Origin: an uncultured Flavobacteriaceae bacterium
GTDB taxonomy: Bacteria; Bacteroidota; Bacteroidia; Flavobacteriales; Flavobacteriaceae
DNA: 64,000 nt
Direction: 5' to 3'
Assembly (NCBI GenBank): GCA_963698455.1
Contig: CAVOQU010000012.1
Location: forward strand, 83,395 to 147,394
Below the pieces are notes generated by a model. That model was not told the origin of the DNA, did not search any database, and worked only from the letters and a program-made list of their open reading frames with translations. A program made the translations under genes and the position numbers. Below are positions 54,565 to 64,000 of this stretch, piece after piece (within the stretch, counting starts at the first letter, position 1; the number at the start of each line of letters is the position of its first letter).

Positions 54565-55476
54565 TTATTCTAATATTTGTAAGTTTTTCTTTTTTAAAAC
54601 AGTATTCATTCCAGATATTCCTTGTAAACCACCGGTATGAATTGCTAATATTTTTGTTCCTTTTGGAAAATACCCCTTTTCAATTAAATCGAAAATTCCA
54701 TACATCATTTTCCCTGTATAAACCGGATCTAAGGGTATGTTTTGCTTATTTTTAAACTGATTGATAAACGATACCAATTCATCATTTATTTTAGCATACC
54801 CACCAAAATGATAATCGGTAATTAACTTCCAATTATTATCTGTTGCAAATTTACTAATATCTTGTTGTAAAAAATCACCTTTTAATGCAGGAAATCCTAA
54901 AACTTGTTGACCGGGTTTTGAACAATTTATAAGTCCAGCAACTGTACCTCCAGTACCAACTGCACAACATATATAATCGAAATTTTTATCGGTGTCGTTT
55001 AAAATCTCTTCGCAACCCTTAATTGCTAAGTCATTTGTACCACCTTCTGGGACTAAATAAAAATTACCAAATTCAGCCAGTAATTTTTCAATAAACGTGT
55101 TGGTTGTTTTAGCTCTATAAGACTCTCTAGAAACAAATTTAAATTGCATGCCACAATCTTGAGCGAAACTTAAGGTTGGGTTGCTATTTACAACATTTTC
55201 CAACTCATCACCTCTAATAACTCCAATGGTTTCAAACCCAAGAATAGCTCCAGCCGAAGCAACCGCAGCAATATGATTTGAGTATGCGCCACCAAAAGTT
55301 AGCAGGGTTTTAAAACCCATTTTATCGGCTTCCAAAAGATTGTACTTTAACTTGCGATACTTGTTCCCAGAAACAAAAGCATGAATTTTATCTTCTCTTT
55401 TAATAAACAACTCAATACCCAACTTTTCGGGTAAATGTATCTGTTGATTTTTGCTTTGTTCTAGATTGAAAACCAT
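54565..55476 (-). CDS. ACC deaminase/D-cysteine desulfhydrase family PLP enzyme
   Basis: SGNKYRKLKYN, TFGGAYSNH, LDPVYTGK, HTGGLQG. Confidence 0.9.
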   Translation of the reverse strand: MVFNLEQSKNQQIHLPEKLGIELFIKREDKIHAFVSGNKYRKLKYNLLEADKMGFKTLLTFGGAYSNHIAAVASAGAILGFETIGVIRGDELENVVNSNPTLSFAQDCGMQFKFVSRESYRAKTTNTFIEKLLAEFGNFYLVPEGGTNDLAIKGCEEILNDTDKNFDYICCAVGTGGTVAGLINCSKPGQQVLGFPALKGDFLQQDISKFATDNNWKLITDYHFGGYAKINDELVSFINQFKNKQNIPLDPVYTGKMMYGIFDLIEKGYFPKGTKILAIHTGGLQGISGMNTVLKKKNLQILE

Positions 55477-55612
55477 GACCGCAAATATACCTTATTTCAG
55501 ATCTTTTATATAATCTAATTTTGCCATAAAAAATTATAAATTATGCTACATTAGCATTAGAGTTTTGCATTGCGCCACTACTTTATACAACCCATAAAGA
55601 AAATTTTAAATT

Positions 55613-56302
55613 ATGAAAACACTAAAATTTGTTTTATGCATTTTAACAATATGCTTTCTTTTGGAATCTTCATATGCTCAAGATTGGGCTAATTTAAAAT
55701 GCTATCAGAAAGAAAATGCCGAACTGCCAATTTCTAACCCTAATGAACATCGAATAGTATTTATGGGTAATTCCATTACGGCAGGTTGGAAAAACACTCA
55801 CCCAGAATTTTTTGCAAATAAACCTTATGTAAACAGAGGTATTAGCGGACAAACAACGCCTCAAATGTTATTGCGTTTTAGACAAGATGTTATCAATTTA
55901 AAACCTTCAGCGGTCATTATATTAGCAGGAATAAATGATATAGCGGGAAATACTGGTCCGTCAACAATTGAAATGATTATGGACAACATAGTTTCGATGG
56001 TAGAATTATCAAAAGCAAATAAAATAAAAGTGGTATTATGTTCTTTGCTTCCAGCATATGATTTCCCTTGGAGAAAAGGACTAGAACCTGCTGAAAAAGT
56101 AATAAAAATGAATGCATCATTAAAAGCTTACGCTAATCAAAACAACTTAATTTATATAGATTACTTTACTCCTATGGCAAACGCGTCCAATGGTTTAAAA
56201 GAAAACCTTGGAAATGATGGTGTTCATCCAAATTTAACTGGATATTTGATTATGGAACCACTCGTGGAAGCAGCCATATCAAAAGTGTCAATTCAAAAAT
56301 AA
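55613..56302 (+). CDS. SGNH/GDSL hydrolase
   Basis: GNSIT, NRGISG, AGIND, DGVHP. Confidence 0.93.
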   Translation: MKTLKFVLCILTICFLLESSYAQDWANLKCYQKENAELPISNPNEHRIVFMGNSITAGWKNTHPEFFANKPYVNRGISGQTTPQMLLRFRQDVINLKPSAVIILAGINDIAGNTGPSTIEMIMDNIVSMVELSKANKIKVVLCSLLPAYDFPWRKGLEPAEKVIKMNASLKAYANQNNLIYIDYFTPMANASNGLKENLGNDGVHPNLTGYLIMEPLVEAAISKVSIQK

Positions 56303-56381
56303 AGCATATCGGTTATATAAGAACACCATTAAAAGTATAAATCATTAGCAGTATATTTAAATATGAACTGGTTGATTTATA

Positions 56382-56732
56382 TTATGCTTTAGGGAGAAAT
56401 TCATTACTACAATGATACTTCAAAAAACTCCAAAATGTTCGCTGTTTTAAATAATCTAATTGCGACTCGTTGGCATACGCTTCACGTTCAAAAGAAATAT
56501 TTCTATAAGCTAAATCCCAGTTCTTATATTGAATTATTCGGATTAAAAATTCAATCCCATAAGCCAAATAAAAAGGAATCACCAAAAGCTCTAACTGCTG
56601 TCTTTTATGAATATTTTCATGATTGACTAAAGTTCGATTTAACCTTAAATCCTTCGTCTTTAAAAATACAAAAGGAAAAATAGTTATCCCCAAATATCCT
56701 TTTGGGACCATATATTTTGAAATGAAAATCAT
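56382..56732 (-). CDS. Conserved hypothetical protein with a metalloprotease-like HExxH
   Basis: TIFPFVF, NHENIH, YRNISFEREAY. Confidence 0.75.
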   Translation of the reverse strand: MIFISKYMVPKGYLGITIFPFVFLKTKDLRLNRTLVNHENIHKRQQLELLVIPFYLAYGIEFLIRIIQYKNWDLAYRNISFEREAYANESQLDYLKQRTFWSFLKYHCSNEFLPKA

Positions 56733-56782
56733 ACTTAATAGCTTTCAAAAACCAATCCAAATTACGTTATCTTTGTTTAAAT

Positions 56783-56944
56783 ATGAAAAAAATAATCCCT
56801 ATAGAAGAAGGCGACTACTATTTAACTCCAGAAGGTTATCGTTGTTTTACTGAGCAATATCTGCTAAAAAGAGGCTATTGTTGCGAAAGCGGATGCAGGC
56901 ATTGCCCTTATGGTTTTGATAAAAACAAAAATTACAGAAACTAA
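56783..56944 (+). CDS. DUF5522-type small Cys-rich protein
   Basis: Not in the ORF track: MKKIIPIEEGDYYLTPEGYRCFTEQYLLKRGYCCESGCRHCPYGFDKNKNYRN*. Confidence 0.85.
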   Translation: MKKIIPIEEGDYYLTPEGYRCFTEQYLLKRGYCCESGCRHCPYGFDKNKNYRN

Positions 56945-56961
56945 TTATTCAACCTATTAAT

Positions 56962-58948
56962 ATGACTTTTGAAGCTCAAATATTAGAAGGCATTCCAGAG
57001 AATCTCCCATCTATAAAACCATATGATACCTCTATAAATCATGCTCCAAAACGCAAAGATATTTTATCGGATGAAGAAAAAAAACTAGCGCTCCGAAATG
57101 CCTTACGCTATTTTGACCAAAAGCATCATGCAGCATTAATTAAAGAATTTAAAGATGAATTAGAAACTTACGGACGTATATATATGTATCGGTTTCGGCC
57201 AAATTACAAAATGTATGCACGCCCTATTGATGCATATCCTGCAAAATGTAAACAGGCTGCAGCCATCATGCTAATGATTCAGAATAATTTAGATTATGCG
57301 GTGGCACAACACCCTCATGAACTAATAACTTATGGTGGAAATGGTGCTGTTTTTCAAAACTGGGCTCAATATAGATTAACCATGAAATATCTGGCTGAAA
57401 TGAGCAACGAGCAAACTTTAACTATGTATTCTGGCCACCCCATGGGTTTATTCCCATCACATAAAGAAGCGCCGAGAGTTGTTGTTACCAATGGCATGAT
57501 GATTCCAAATTATTCAAAGCAAGACGATTGGGAAAAATTTAATGCTTTAGGTGTGACACAATATGGACAAATGACTGCTGGTAGCTATATGTATATTGGC
57601 CCACAAGGAATTGTTCATGGAACCACTATTACAGTTTTAAACGCTTTCAGAAAAATAAAAAAATCACCAAAGGGACATTTATTTGTTACTTCTGGATTAG
57701 GTGGAATGAGTGGCGCACAACCCAAGGCAGGAACTATTGCAGGTTGTATTACTGTTTGTGCTGAAGTGAATCCAAAGATTACTCAAAATACGACATGAAC
57801 AGGGTTGGGTAGATGAAATTATTACCGATTTAAATGAATTATCTAAGCGTGTCAAAAAAGCGAAAGCTGAAAAAGAAACGGTTTCCATTGCGTACTTAGG
57901 AAACATTGTTGATGTTTGGGAAACTTTTGATAAAGCAGATATTCATATTGATTTAGGAAGTGACCAAACTTCACTTCACAATCCATGGGCAGGAGGTTAT
58001 TATCCGGTTGGAATGTCTTTTGAAGATGCAAATGATATGATGGCAAATAATCCTGAAAAATTCAAACAAGAAGTTCAAAAAACATTACGTCAACATGCTA
58101 ATGCTATTAATAAACATACCGCAAAAGGCACCTATTTTTTCGATTATGGAAATGCTTTTTTATTGGAAGCATCTCGTGCTGGGGCTGATGTTATGGCTAA
58201 AAATGGTATCGATTTTAAATACCCAAGTTATGTACAAGATATTATGGGACCTATGTGTTTCGATTATGGTTTTGGACCATTTCGCTGGGTGTGTACCTCA
58301 GGAAAACCTGAAGATTTGGCAAAAACAGACACTATTGCATGTCATGTTTTGGAGGAAATTAAAAAACATTCGCCAGATGAAATTCAGCAACAAATGGCAG
58401 ATAATATTCAATGGATAAAAGGCGCTCAGGAAAATAAATTGGTGGTGGGTTCACAAGCCAGAATACTTTATGCCGATGCCGAAGGACGCATGAAAATAGC
58501 AAAAGCATTTAACGATGCTATTGCAAAAGGCGATATTGGAATTGTTGTTCTGGGCCGTGATCATCACGATGTTTCGGGAACCGATTCACCTTACAGAGAA
58601 ACCAGCAATATCTATGATGGTTCTCGATTTACCGCAGATATGGCCATTCAAAACGTTATAGGTGACAGTTTTAGAGGCGCAACCTGGGTAAGTATCCACA
58701 ATGGTGGTGGTGTTGGTTGGGGCGAAGTTATAAATGGCGGATTTGGTATGGTTCTTGATGGTACTATAGAAGCCGAAAACAGATTAAAATCGATGCTTTT
58801 CTGGGATGTAAATAACGGAATAGCCAGAAGAAGTTGGGCAAGAAATGAAGAAGCTGTGTTTGCAATTAAACGCGCTATGGAAATCGAGCCAAATTTAAAA
58901 GTTACTATACCTAACATAGTTGATGATAATTTAATAAATTTATTATAA
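56962..58948 (+). CDS. hutU: Urocanate hydratase (frameshift near 57795)
   Basis: ELITYGGNG, GQMTAGS, GLGGMSGAQ, SDQTSLHN, GRDHHD, HNGGGVGWG. Confidence 0.95.
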
Positions 58949-58966
58949 CCATTTAAAAAATTCGCT

Positions 58967-59518
58967 ATGAAACACTTACTTAAAACATTACCACTATTAG
59001 CCATCCTATTTGTGGTATCATCCTGCACCTCAGTTAGAGTAGCAGCCGATTATGACAAAAATGCCAATTTTAGCACTTACAAAACCTTTGCATTCTTTAA
59101 AACAGGTATTGATAAAGCTGAAATTAGCGACTTAGATAAACGTAGAATTCTACGTGCCATTGAATCGGAAATGTTAGCTAAAGGCTTTGCAAAATCCGAA
59201 AATCCCGATTTACTAATAAGCTTATTCACTAAGTCTAACCAACGTGTTGATGTTTACAACAACTCTTGGGGCTATGGTGGCTGGGGCTGGGGAGGTTTTT
59301 ACAGTCCATGGGGTTGGGGTTGGAACCAACAACCTAATGTAACCACCAGAACCGAAGGTGTTTTATACATCGATTTAATTGATGCTAATAAAAAAGAATT
59401 AGTATGGCAAGGAATGGGAACAGGTTACCTAACACAAAACATGGAGAAAAAAGAAGAACGTATTAAAGAGTTTGTTTCTAAAATAATGGAAAAGTATCCT
59501 CCGGGAATGTCTCAATAA
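58967..59518 (+). CDS. DUF4136 lipoprotein
   Basis: Lipobox, DYD...FSTYKTF, EGVLYIDLID...LVWQG. Confidence 0.88.
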   Translation: MKHLLKTLPLLAILFVVSSCTSVRVAADYDKNANFSTYKTFAFFKTGIDKAEISDLDKRRILRAIESEMLAKGFAKSENPDLLISLFTKSNQRVDVYNNSWGYGGWGWGGFYSPWGWGWNQQPNVTTRTEGVLYIDLIDANKKELVWQGMGTGYLTQNMEKKEERIKEFVSKIMEKYPPGMSQ

Positions 59519-59629
59519 AATAATTTAAAAAAGCAGCTTGAAAGAGTTGCTTTTTTATTCAACAACACTTTTAATACCATTTTATATAGAATTTGTATTT
59601 TTACTTAAACCTAGTATTATAAAAAATCA

Positions 59630-61396
59630 ATGTCCAACTCTATAGAAGCAAATCCTATTCTAGATCGCTTACCTAAACATTTATTGCAATTTATTAAACC
59701 TCAAAACTACGAGGATTATTCAGCAATAAATCAAGCAGTTTGGCGCTATGTGATGCGAAAAAATGTCGATTTTTTAAAAACTGTTGCACACAAATCATAC
59801 CTAGATGGTTTAAAACAAACAGGTATTTTAGTCGATAGTATTCCGAATATGTATGGTATGAATCGTATTTTAAAAGACATAGGATGGGCAGCGGTGGCTG
59901 TAGATGGTTTTATTCCTCCAAATGCATTTATGGAATTTCAGGCGTACAATGTACTGGTTATTGCCAGCGATATTCGCCAATTGGAACATATAGAATATAC
60001 CCCTGCACCCGATATTATTCACGAAGGCGCGGGTCATGCACCTATTATCGCAAACCCCGAATATGCGGAGTATTTACGAAGGTTTGGAGAAATTGGTTGT
60101 AAAGCTATTTCATCATCTAAAGATTATGAACTTTATGAAGCCGTTAGGCATTTATCGATTATTAAAGAAGCGCCAAATACAGATGAAAAAGATATCGCTT
60201 CCGCGGAAAAAAAGGTAGAAAGCCTACAAAATAATATGGGTGAACCCAGTGAAATGGCACTCATTAGAAATTTACACTGGTGGACCGTCGAATATGGCTT
60301 AATAGGAACTCTCGAAAATCCAAAAATTTATGGTGCCGGCTTATTATCATCTATTGGGGAAAGTGCCTGGTGCATGACCGACGAAGTTAAAAAACTACCA
60401 TACACTATTGAAGCGATTTATAAGGATTTCGACATCACAAAAGCACAACCTCAACTTTTTGTAACGCCAGACTTTGCACATTTAAGTTTGGTATTAGAAG
60501 AATTCGCCAACACTATGGCATTGCGAAAAGGTGGACTTTCGGGAATAAACAAACTAATACAATCGAATGCTTTAGGAACCATTGAATTGAGTACAGGTAT
60601 TCAAGTATCGGGTGTTTATACAAGTGTCATAGAAGATAACGGCTATCCTATTTATATTCAAACAACGGGTGAAACTGCGTTGTCTTATAGAGAAAAAGAA
60701 TTGGTAGGACATGGTACCAACGTACACGAAAAAGGATTTGGGTCGCCTATTGGAAAACTTAAAGGCATTAATTTAGCTATTGAAGATATGAGTCCGCGCG
60801 ACTTAAGTGCTTACCATATTTATGAAGAAAAAACAGTAACACTTGAATTTGAAGGAGGAATCACTGTTTCGGGCGATATTATTACTGGTAAACGAAATCT
60901 TCAAGGTAAAATAATTCTTATTAGTTTTAATAATTGTACGGTTAAACATCGTGACACTATTTTATTTAAACCTGAATATGGAATTTATGATATGGCCGTT
61001 GGAAAAACCATTGTTTCGGCTTTTTCCGGACCTGCAGATTTAAATAGTTTCGATTTAATTACTCATATCCCTACATCTAAAACCATTCATGTAAAAAAAA
61101 CAAACGAGCAATTAAAATTAGAAACCCTTTATCAGCAAGTCAGGGATTATCGCGAAGGTAAAAACAGAACTATTTCAAGAACAAAAGTACTGGAGGAACT
61201 TATTGAAAACCACCCCACTGATTGGTTATTACCCATTGAATTGTATGAATTAGCGTTTAAAGGACATGAAACAAAACTATGTGAAGCAATTTTGAGCCAT
61301 TTAGAAGGCATCAAACAAAATAAACCTCAAGTTGGAAGATTAATTGATGACGGGTTGGCTATTGTTGAAAATCAGGAAATAGGCAATAGGAAATAG
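59630..61396 (+). CDS. phhA: Aromatic amino acid hydroxylase (phenylalanine 4-monooxygenase, long Bacteroidota form)
   Basis: YTPAPDIIHEGAGH, WWTVEYGL, IYGAGLLSSIGE. Confidence 0.9.
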   Translation: MSNSIEANPILDRLPKHLLQFIKPQNYEDYSAINQAVWRYVMRKNVDFLKTVAHKSYLDGLKQTGILVDSIPNMYGMNRILKDIGWAAVAVDGFIPPNAFMEFQAYNVLVIASDIRQLEHIEYTPAPDIIHEGAGHAPIIANPEYAEYLRRFGEIGCKAISSSKDYELYEAVRHLSIIKEAPNTDEKDIASAEKKVESLQNNMGEPSEMALIRNLHWWTVEYGLIGTLENPKIYGAGLLSSIGESAWCMTDEVKKLPYTIEAIYKDFDITKAQPQLFVTPDFAHLSLVLEEFANTMALRKGGLSGINKLIQSNALGTIELSTGIQVSGVYTSVIEDNGYPIYIQTTGETALSYREKELVGHGTNVHEKGFGSPIGKLKGINLAIEDMSPRDLSAYHIYEEKTVTLEFEGGITVSGDIITGKRNLQGKIILISFNNCTVKHRDTILFKPEYGIYDMAVGKTIVSAFSGPADLNSFDLITHIPTSKTIHVKKTNEQLKLETLYQQVRDYREGKNRTISRTKVLEELIENHPTDWLLPIELYELAFKGHETKLCEAILSHLEGIKQNKPQVGRLIDDGLAIVENQEIGNRK

Positions 61397-61405
61397 GCAA
61401 TTATA

Positions 61406-62158
61406 CTACCTAAACCGTTTCAAGGTGTTTTTAGTAAACTTACTTAAAACTAAGGCGCCACTAATTTCGGCACGTTCGGCTAATAGTGTATCCCAATGTT
61501 CTGTGCCCTCCCAAAAAACAGACTTCATTCGTTTTAAAGCCTCGGGATTGTAGTTGCTTAACCTTTCAGCAAGTTCTTTTACGGCTTCATCTAAGGCTTC
61601 CACTGTTTCAAAAACATCAGCAAACAATCCTTTTCCCATGGCATATTCCGCAGAAAAAAAGGTTTCAGCATCTATAGTCAATTGCGACATTGCTGCCAGA
61701 CCAATTTTTCTTGTTACAGCTGGTTCTATAACAAAAGGCCCGATACCAATACTTAATTCGCTTAACCGTATCGAAGCATATTTGGTTGCCAAACAATAAT
61801 CGGTTGCAGCAGCTAAACCAACGCCACCACCAACTGTTTTTCCTTGAACACGTCCAATAATAAGTTTTGGGCAAGTTCGCATCGCATTAATAACATTGGC
61901 AAAACCTGAGAAAAAAGCTTTCCCTTGTTCTGTATCTTGTACCGCCATGACTTCGTTAAAACTAGCACCCGCACAAAACGTTCTGTCACCACCACTTTTT
62001 AAAACAATGACGTGTATCGCTTCATTATCTCCTGCATCATCTATAGTTGCTTTCAACTTAAGTAAAATATCGCTTGGCATAGAGTTTCTATTCGGATGAT
62101 AAAACTCAATATATCCAACTTTGTTTTTAATGTTTAAAGTAACGTAAGGCTCAGTCAT
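61406..62158 (-). CDS. Enoyl-CoA hydratase/isomerase family protein
   Basis: FCAGAS, GKTVGGGVGLAAATD. Confidence 0.92.
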   Translation of the reverse strand: MTEPYVTLNIKNKVGYIEFYHPNRNSMPSDILLKLKATIDDAGDNEAIHVIVLKSGGDRTFCAGASFNEVMAVQDTEQGKAFFSGFANVINAMRTCPKLIIGRVQGKTVGGGVGLAAATDYCLATKYASIRLSELSIGIGPFVIEPAVTRKIGLAAMSQLTIDAETFFSAEYAMGKGLFADVFETVEALDEAVKELAERLSNYNPEALKRMKSVFWEGTEHWDTLLAERAEISGALVLSKFTKNTLKRFR

Positions 62159-62281
62159 TTTAGCGCAATTATTATAGTCTTTTTAAAGGTTGAATATACA
62201 TAATTTTTTAATGAACTGTTAAGCAACTTATGTTACTTTCACTTTAAAAAAAATTGAAGTAATTTGCCAAAAAATTAAATT

Positions 62282-62587
62282 ATGGGATTATTAGATTTAT
62301 TATTTGGGAACAATCAAAAAAATATTCAAGATTTTCAATCGAGAGGCGCGATTATTTTAGATGTTAGAACTACAAGGGAATACCAACAAGGTGCTATTAA
62401 AGGTTCTAAAAACATACCTCTGCAAAGCATTAACTCAAAAATTAGCGAGATCAAAAAATTAAACAAACCAGTTATTACATGTTGCGCTAGTGGTGCGCGA
62501 TCTGGAAGTGCTGCAGGTATTTTAAAAAGCAATGGTATTGAAGCGACCAATGGAGGTGGCTGGATGAGTTTGAGTAATAAACTATAG
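62282..62587 (+). CDS. Rhodanese-like protein
   Basis: LDVRT, CCASGARS, NGGGW. Confidence 0.9.
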   Translation: MGLLDLLFGNNQKNIQDFQSRGAIILDVRTTREYQQGAIKGSKNIPLQSINSKISEIKKLNKPVITCCASGARSGSAAGILKSNGIEATNGGGWMSLSNKL

Positions 62588-63196
62588 TTTAATAGTTTCG
62601 AGTTGGCGCGAGCTTTCAATAATGTTATCGTTATACTTAAGCGTCCACCCCAGCGAATTAGTTAGAATATAAAATTTAGATAATTCACTAATCAATCTGT
62701 TTTTGGCGTTTTTTTTAATTTCGGAATTTTCTAACTTTTTCATTAAAGACTTTTTTATAGTTTCTTTAATGTCGTTATAGTCTTTGGCTTCAAAAGCATT
62801 TAAGTAATCTGCCTGAATATCATAATATTCTAAATCTGGATTTATTTTTATCTCTTCCTCAGGAATACTTAAAATAGTAAGTGTTTTTGTTTTTTCATCT
62901 ATATTATATTCAATAAGACTTAAATCATAAGACACAAAAACATCTGCATTTACAACAATGAGCGCTTTCTTTTCTGAAGTGAAAAAAGATCCAAATATTT
63001 CTTTGGAATTTCTATAATTAAAAACCTCACTAAAATGGCCTTCTGTAACTATTAGTTTTCCAACATTTTTAATTTGTTCCTGAATGAGTGCCGAACTTTC
63101 TTGAAGCACTATTCTATCTTCTTTCTGATCTACGCAATATTTAAAAGTAAAAATTACAATAAAGGATATAACAACAATGGTTAGAATTCTTCGCAT
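62582..63196 (-). CDS. DUF4230 domain protein
   Basis: VGKLIVTEGHF, VSYDLS; N-terminal TM helix. Confidence 0.85.
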   Translation of the reverse strand: MRRILTIVVISFIVIFTFKYCVDQKEDRIVLQESSALIQEQIKNVGKLIVTEGHFSEVFNYRNSKEIFGSFFTSEKKALIVVNADVFVSYDLSLIEYNIDEKTKTLTILSIPEEEIKINPDLEYYDIQADYLNAFEAKDYNDIKETIKKSLMKKLENSEIKKNAKNRLISELSKFYILTNSLGWTLKYNDNIIESSRQLETIKL

Positions 63197-64000
63197 AGGA
63201 GTAAAAAACAAGTTTTATTCAACATAAAAAGTATAACGAATGTATAACTAATTCTAAACTTGTCAAAAACAGTCACGACTATTTTAATTGTATTAATTCC
63301 TTTTTTTTTAGAAAAAATGTTTTTGACAATTGAATTAAAGTTTAAGCCTTAACTTAATGTACTAAAGTCTACAAAAACGGTTCAAATAGGTGCATAAAAA
63401 AAACATCAAATGCAGACCATTTTACTGGTTATCGCAATTGATGTTTTTAATAAGAACTGATTAATAGCATAATAAATCTAACTCAATTGCCTGAATCTAA
63501 ACAAATTTTTCGATGAAATGTTATTAAAAAAGATAAAGCGTGAAAATGTGATTTACTAAACCCATTGAACAAATATCCACCTTTAAATGTTAAATGTGAT
63601 AGGTTTATTTTTATTGAAACTTGCAGATAATTAACGAACTAATTTCTCCATTATTTTAATAAATGGCATTAATTTCTTTACAAATGACTATAAAATAACC
63701 CTGTTGAGAAACATCACAATTGCCTGCGCCTTTTTTAGCTCGTTTTATATTTTATTTATTTCGAAAATTAAAAAAAGGTTGCCTTAATTAAAACAACCAT
63801 TTAATTTAGGACAACCTTTTTAAACTTATATTAGAATTACTTCCTTAAAAAATTTAACCCTCAATAATTTAAAATTCTAATACATTTAATATAACTACAT
63901 CTATTTGAGAATATAGAAGTATTCATTTAAATAAAACAATTAAGTAAACATATTAATAAAAATTGAAGCTTAGCACTTACCAAATGGACACAGTCGATTT

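Noticed and set aside
3510-58948. Calling the split genes pseudogenes or programmed frameshifts
   Set aside because: Breaks hit normally essential genes, fall mostly in homopolymers, go in both directions and show no consistent slippery site plus stimulator. Sequencing error is the simpler explanation.
63200-64000. About 800 bp of AT-rich ORF-free sequence with an imperfect hairpin near 63400-63450
   Set aside because: No repeat array, RNA motif or ORF could be supported; probably a terminator plus the regulatory region of a gene beyond the window.

Overview
AT-rich chromosomal window from a Flavobacteriaceae (Bacteroidota) genome, judged from gene content, gldI, T9SS C-terminal domains and TAnnTTTG promoters. 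It is mostly core genes: parAB, dapB, lepB, mutL, ribH, recF-dciA, four tandem csp genes, ndk, gldI, lgt, a complete trpEGDCFBA operon, two T9SS polysaccharide lyases, trmL, a DEAD-box helicase, GH2, lipB, lysS, hemL, hutU and phhA. About 18 genes, including normally essential ones, are split by 1-bp indels; these are most likely sequencing or assembly errors, so the genes are called as CDS. The most notable feature is a 99-aa GIY-YIG nuclease gene bracketed by near-perfect 28-bp inverted repeats, each itself a GTCA-tagged REP-like hairpin, sitting between the trp attenuator and trpE. Related hairpins occur at most trp gene junctions, inside trpF in frame, and at a few distant sites. This suggests a REP system with a GIY-YIG enzyme in the place usually held by a RAYT transposase (inference, untested). 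Also noted: tandem TGGTNNACCA operators at both lyase promoters, a Flavo-1-like RNA element carrying a REP fragment, and several candidate small RNAs or 3' UTRs sharing a UUGGUUAGUU-like motif. No tRNA, rRNA or CRISPR array was seen.
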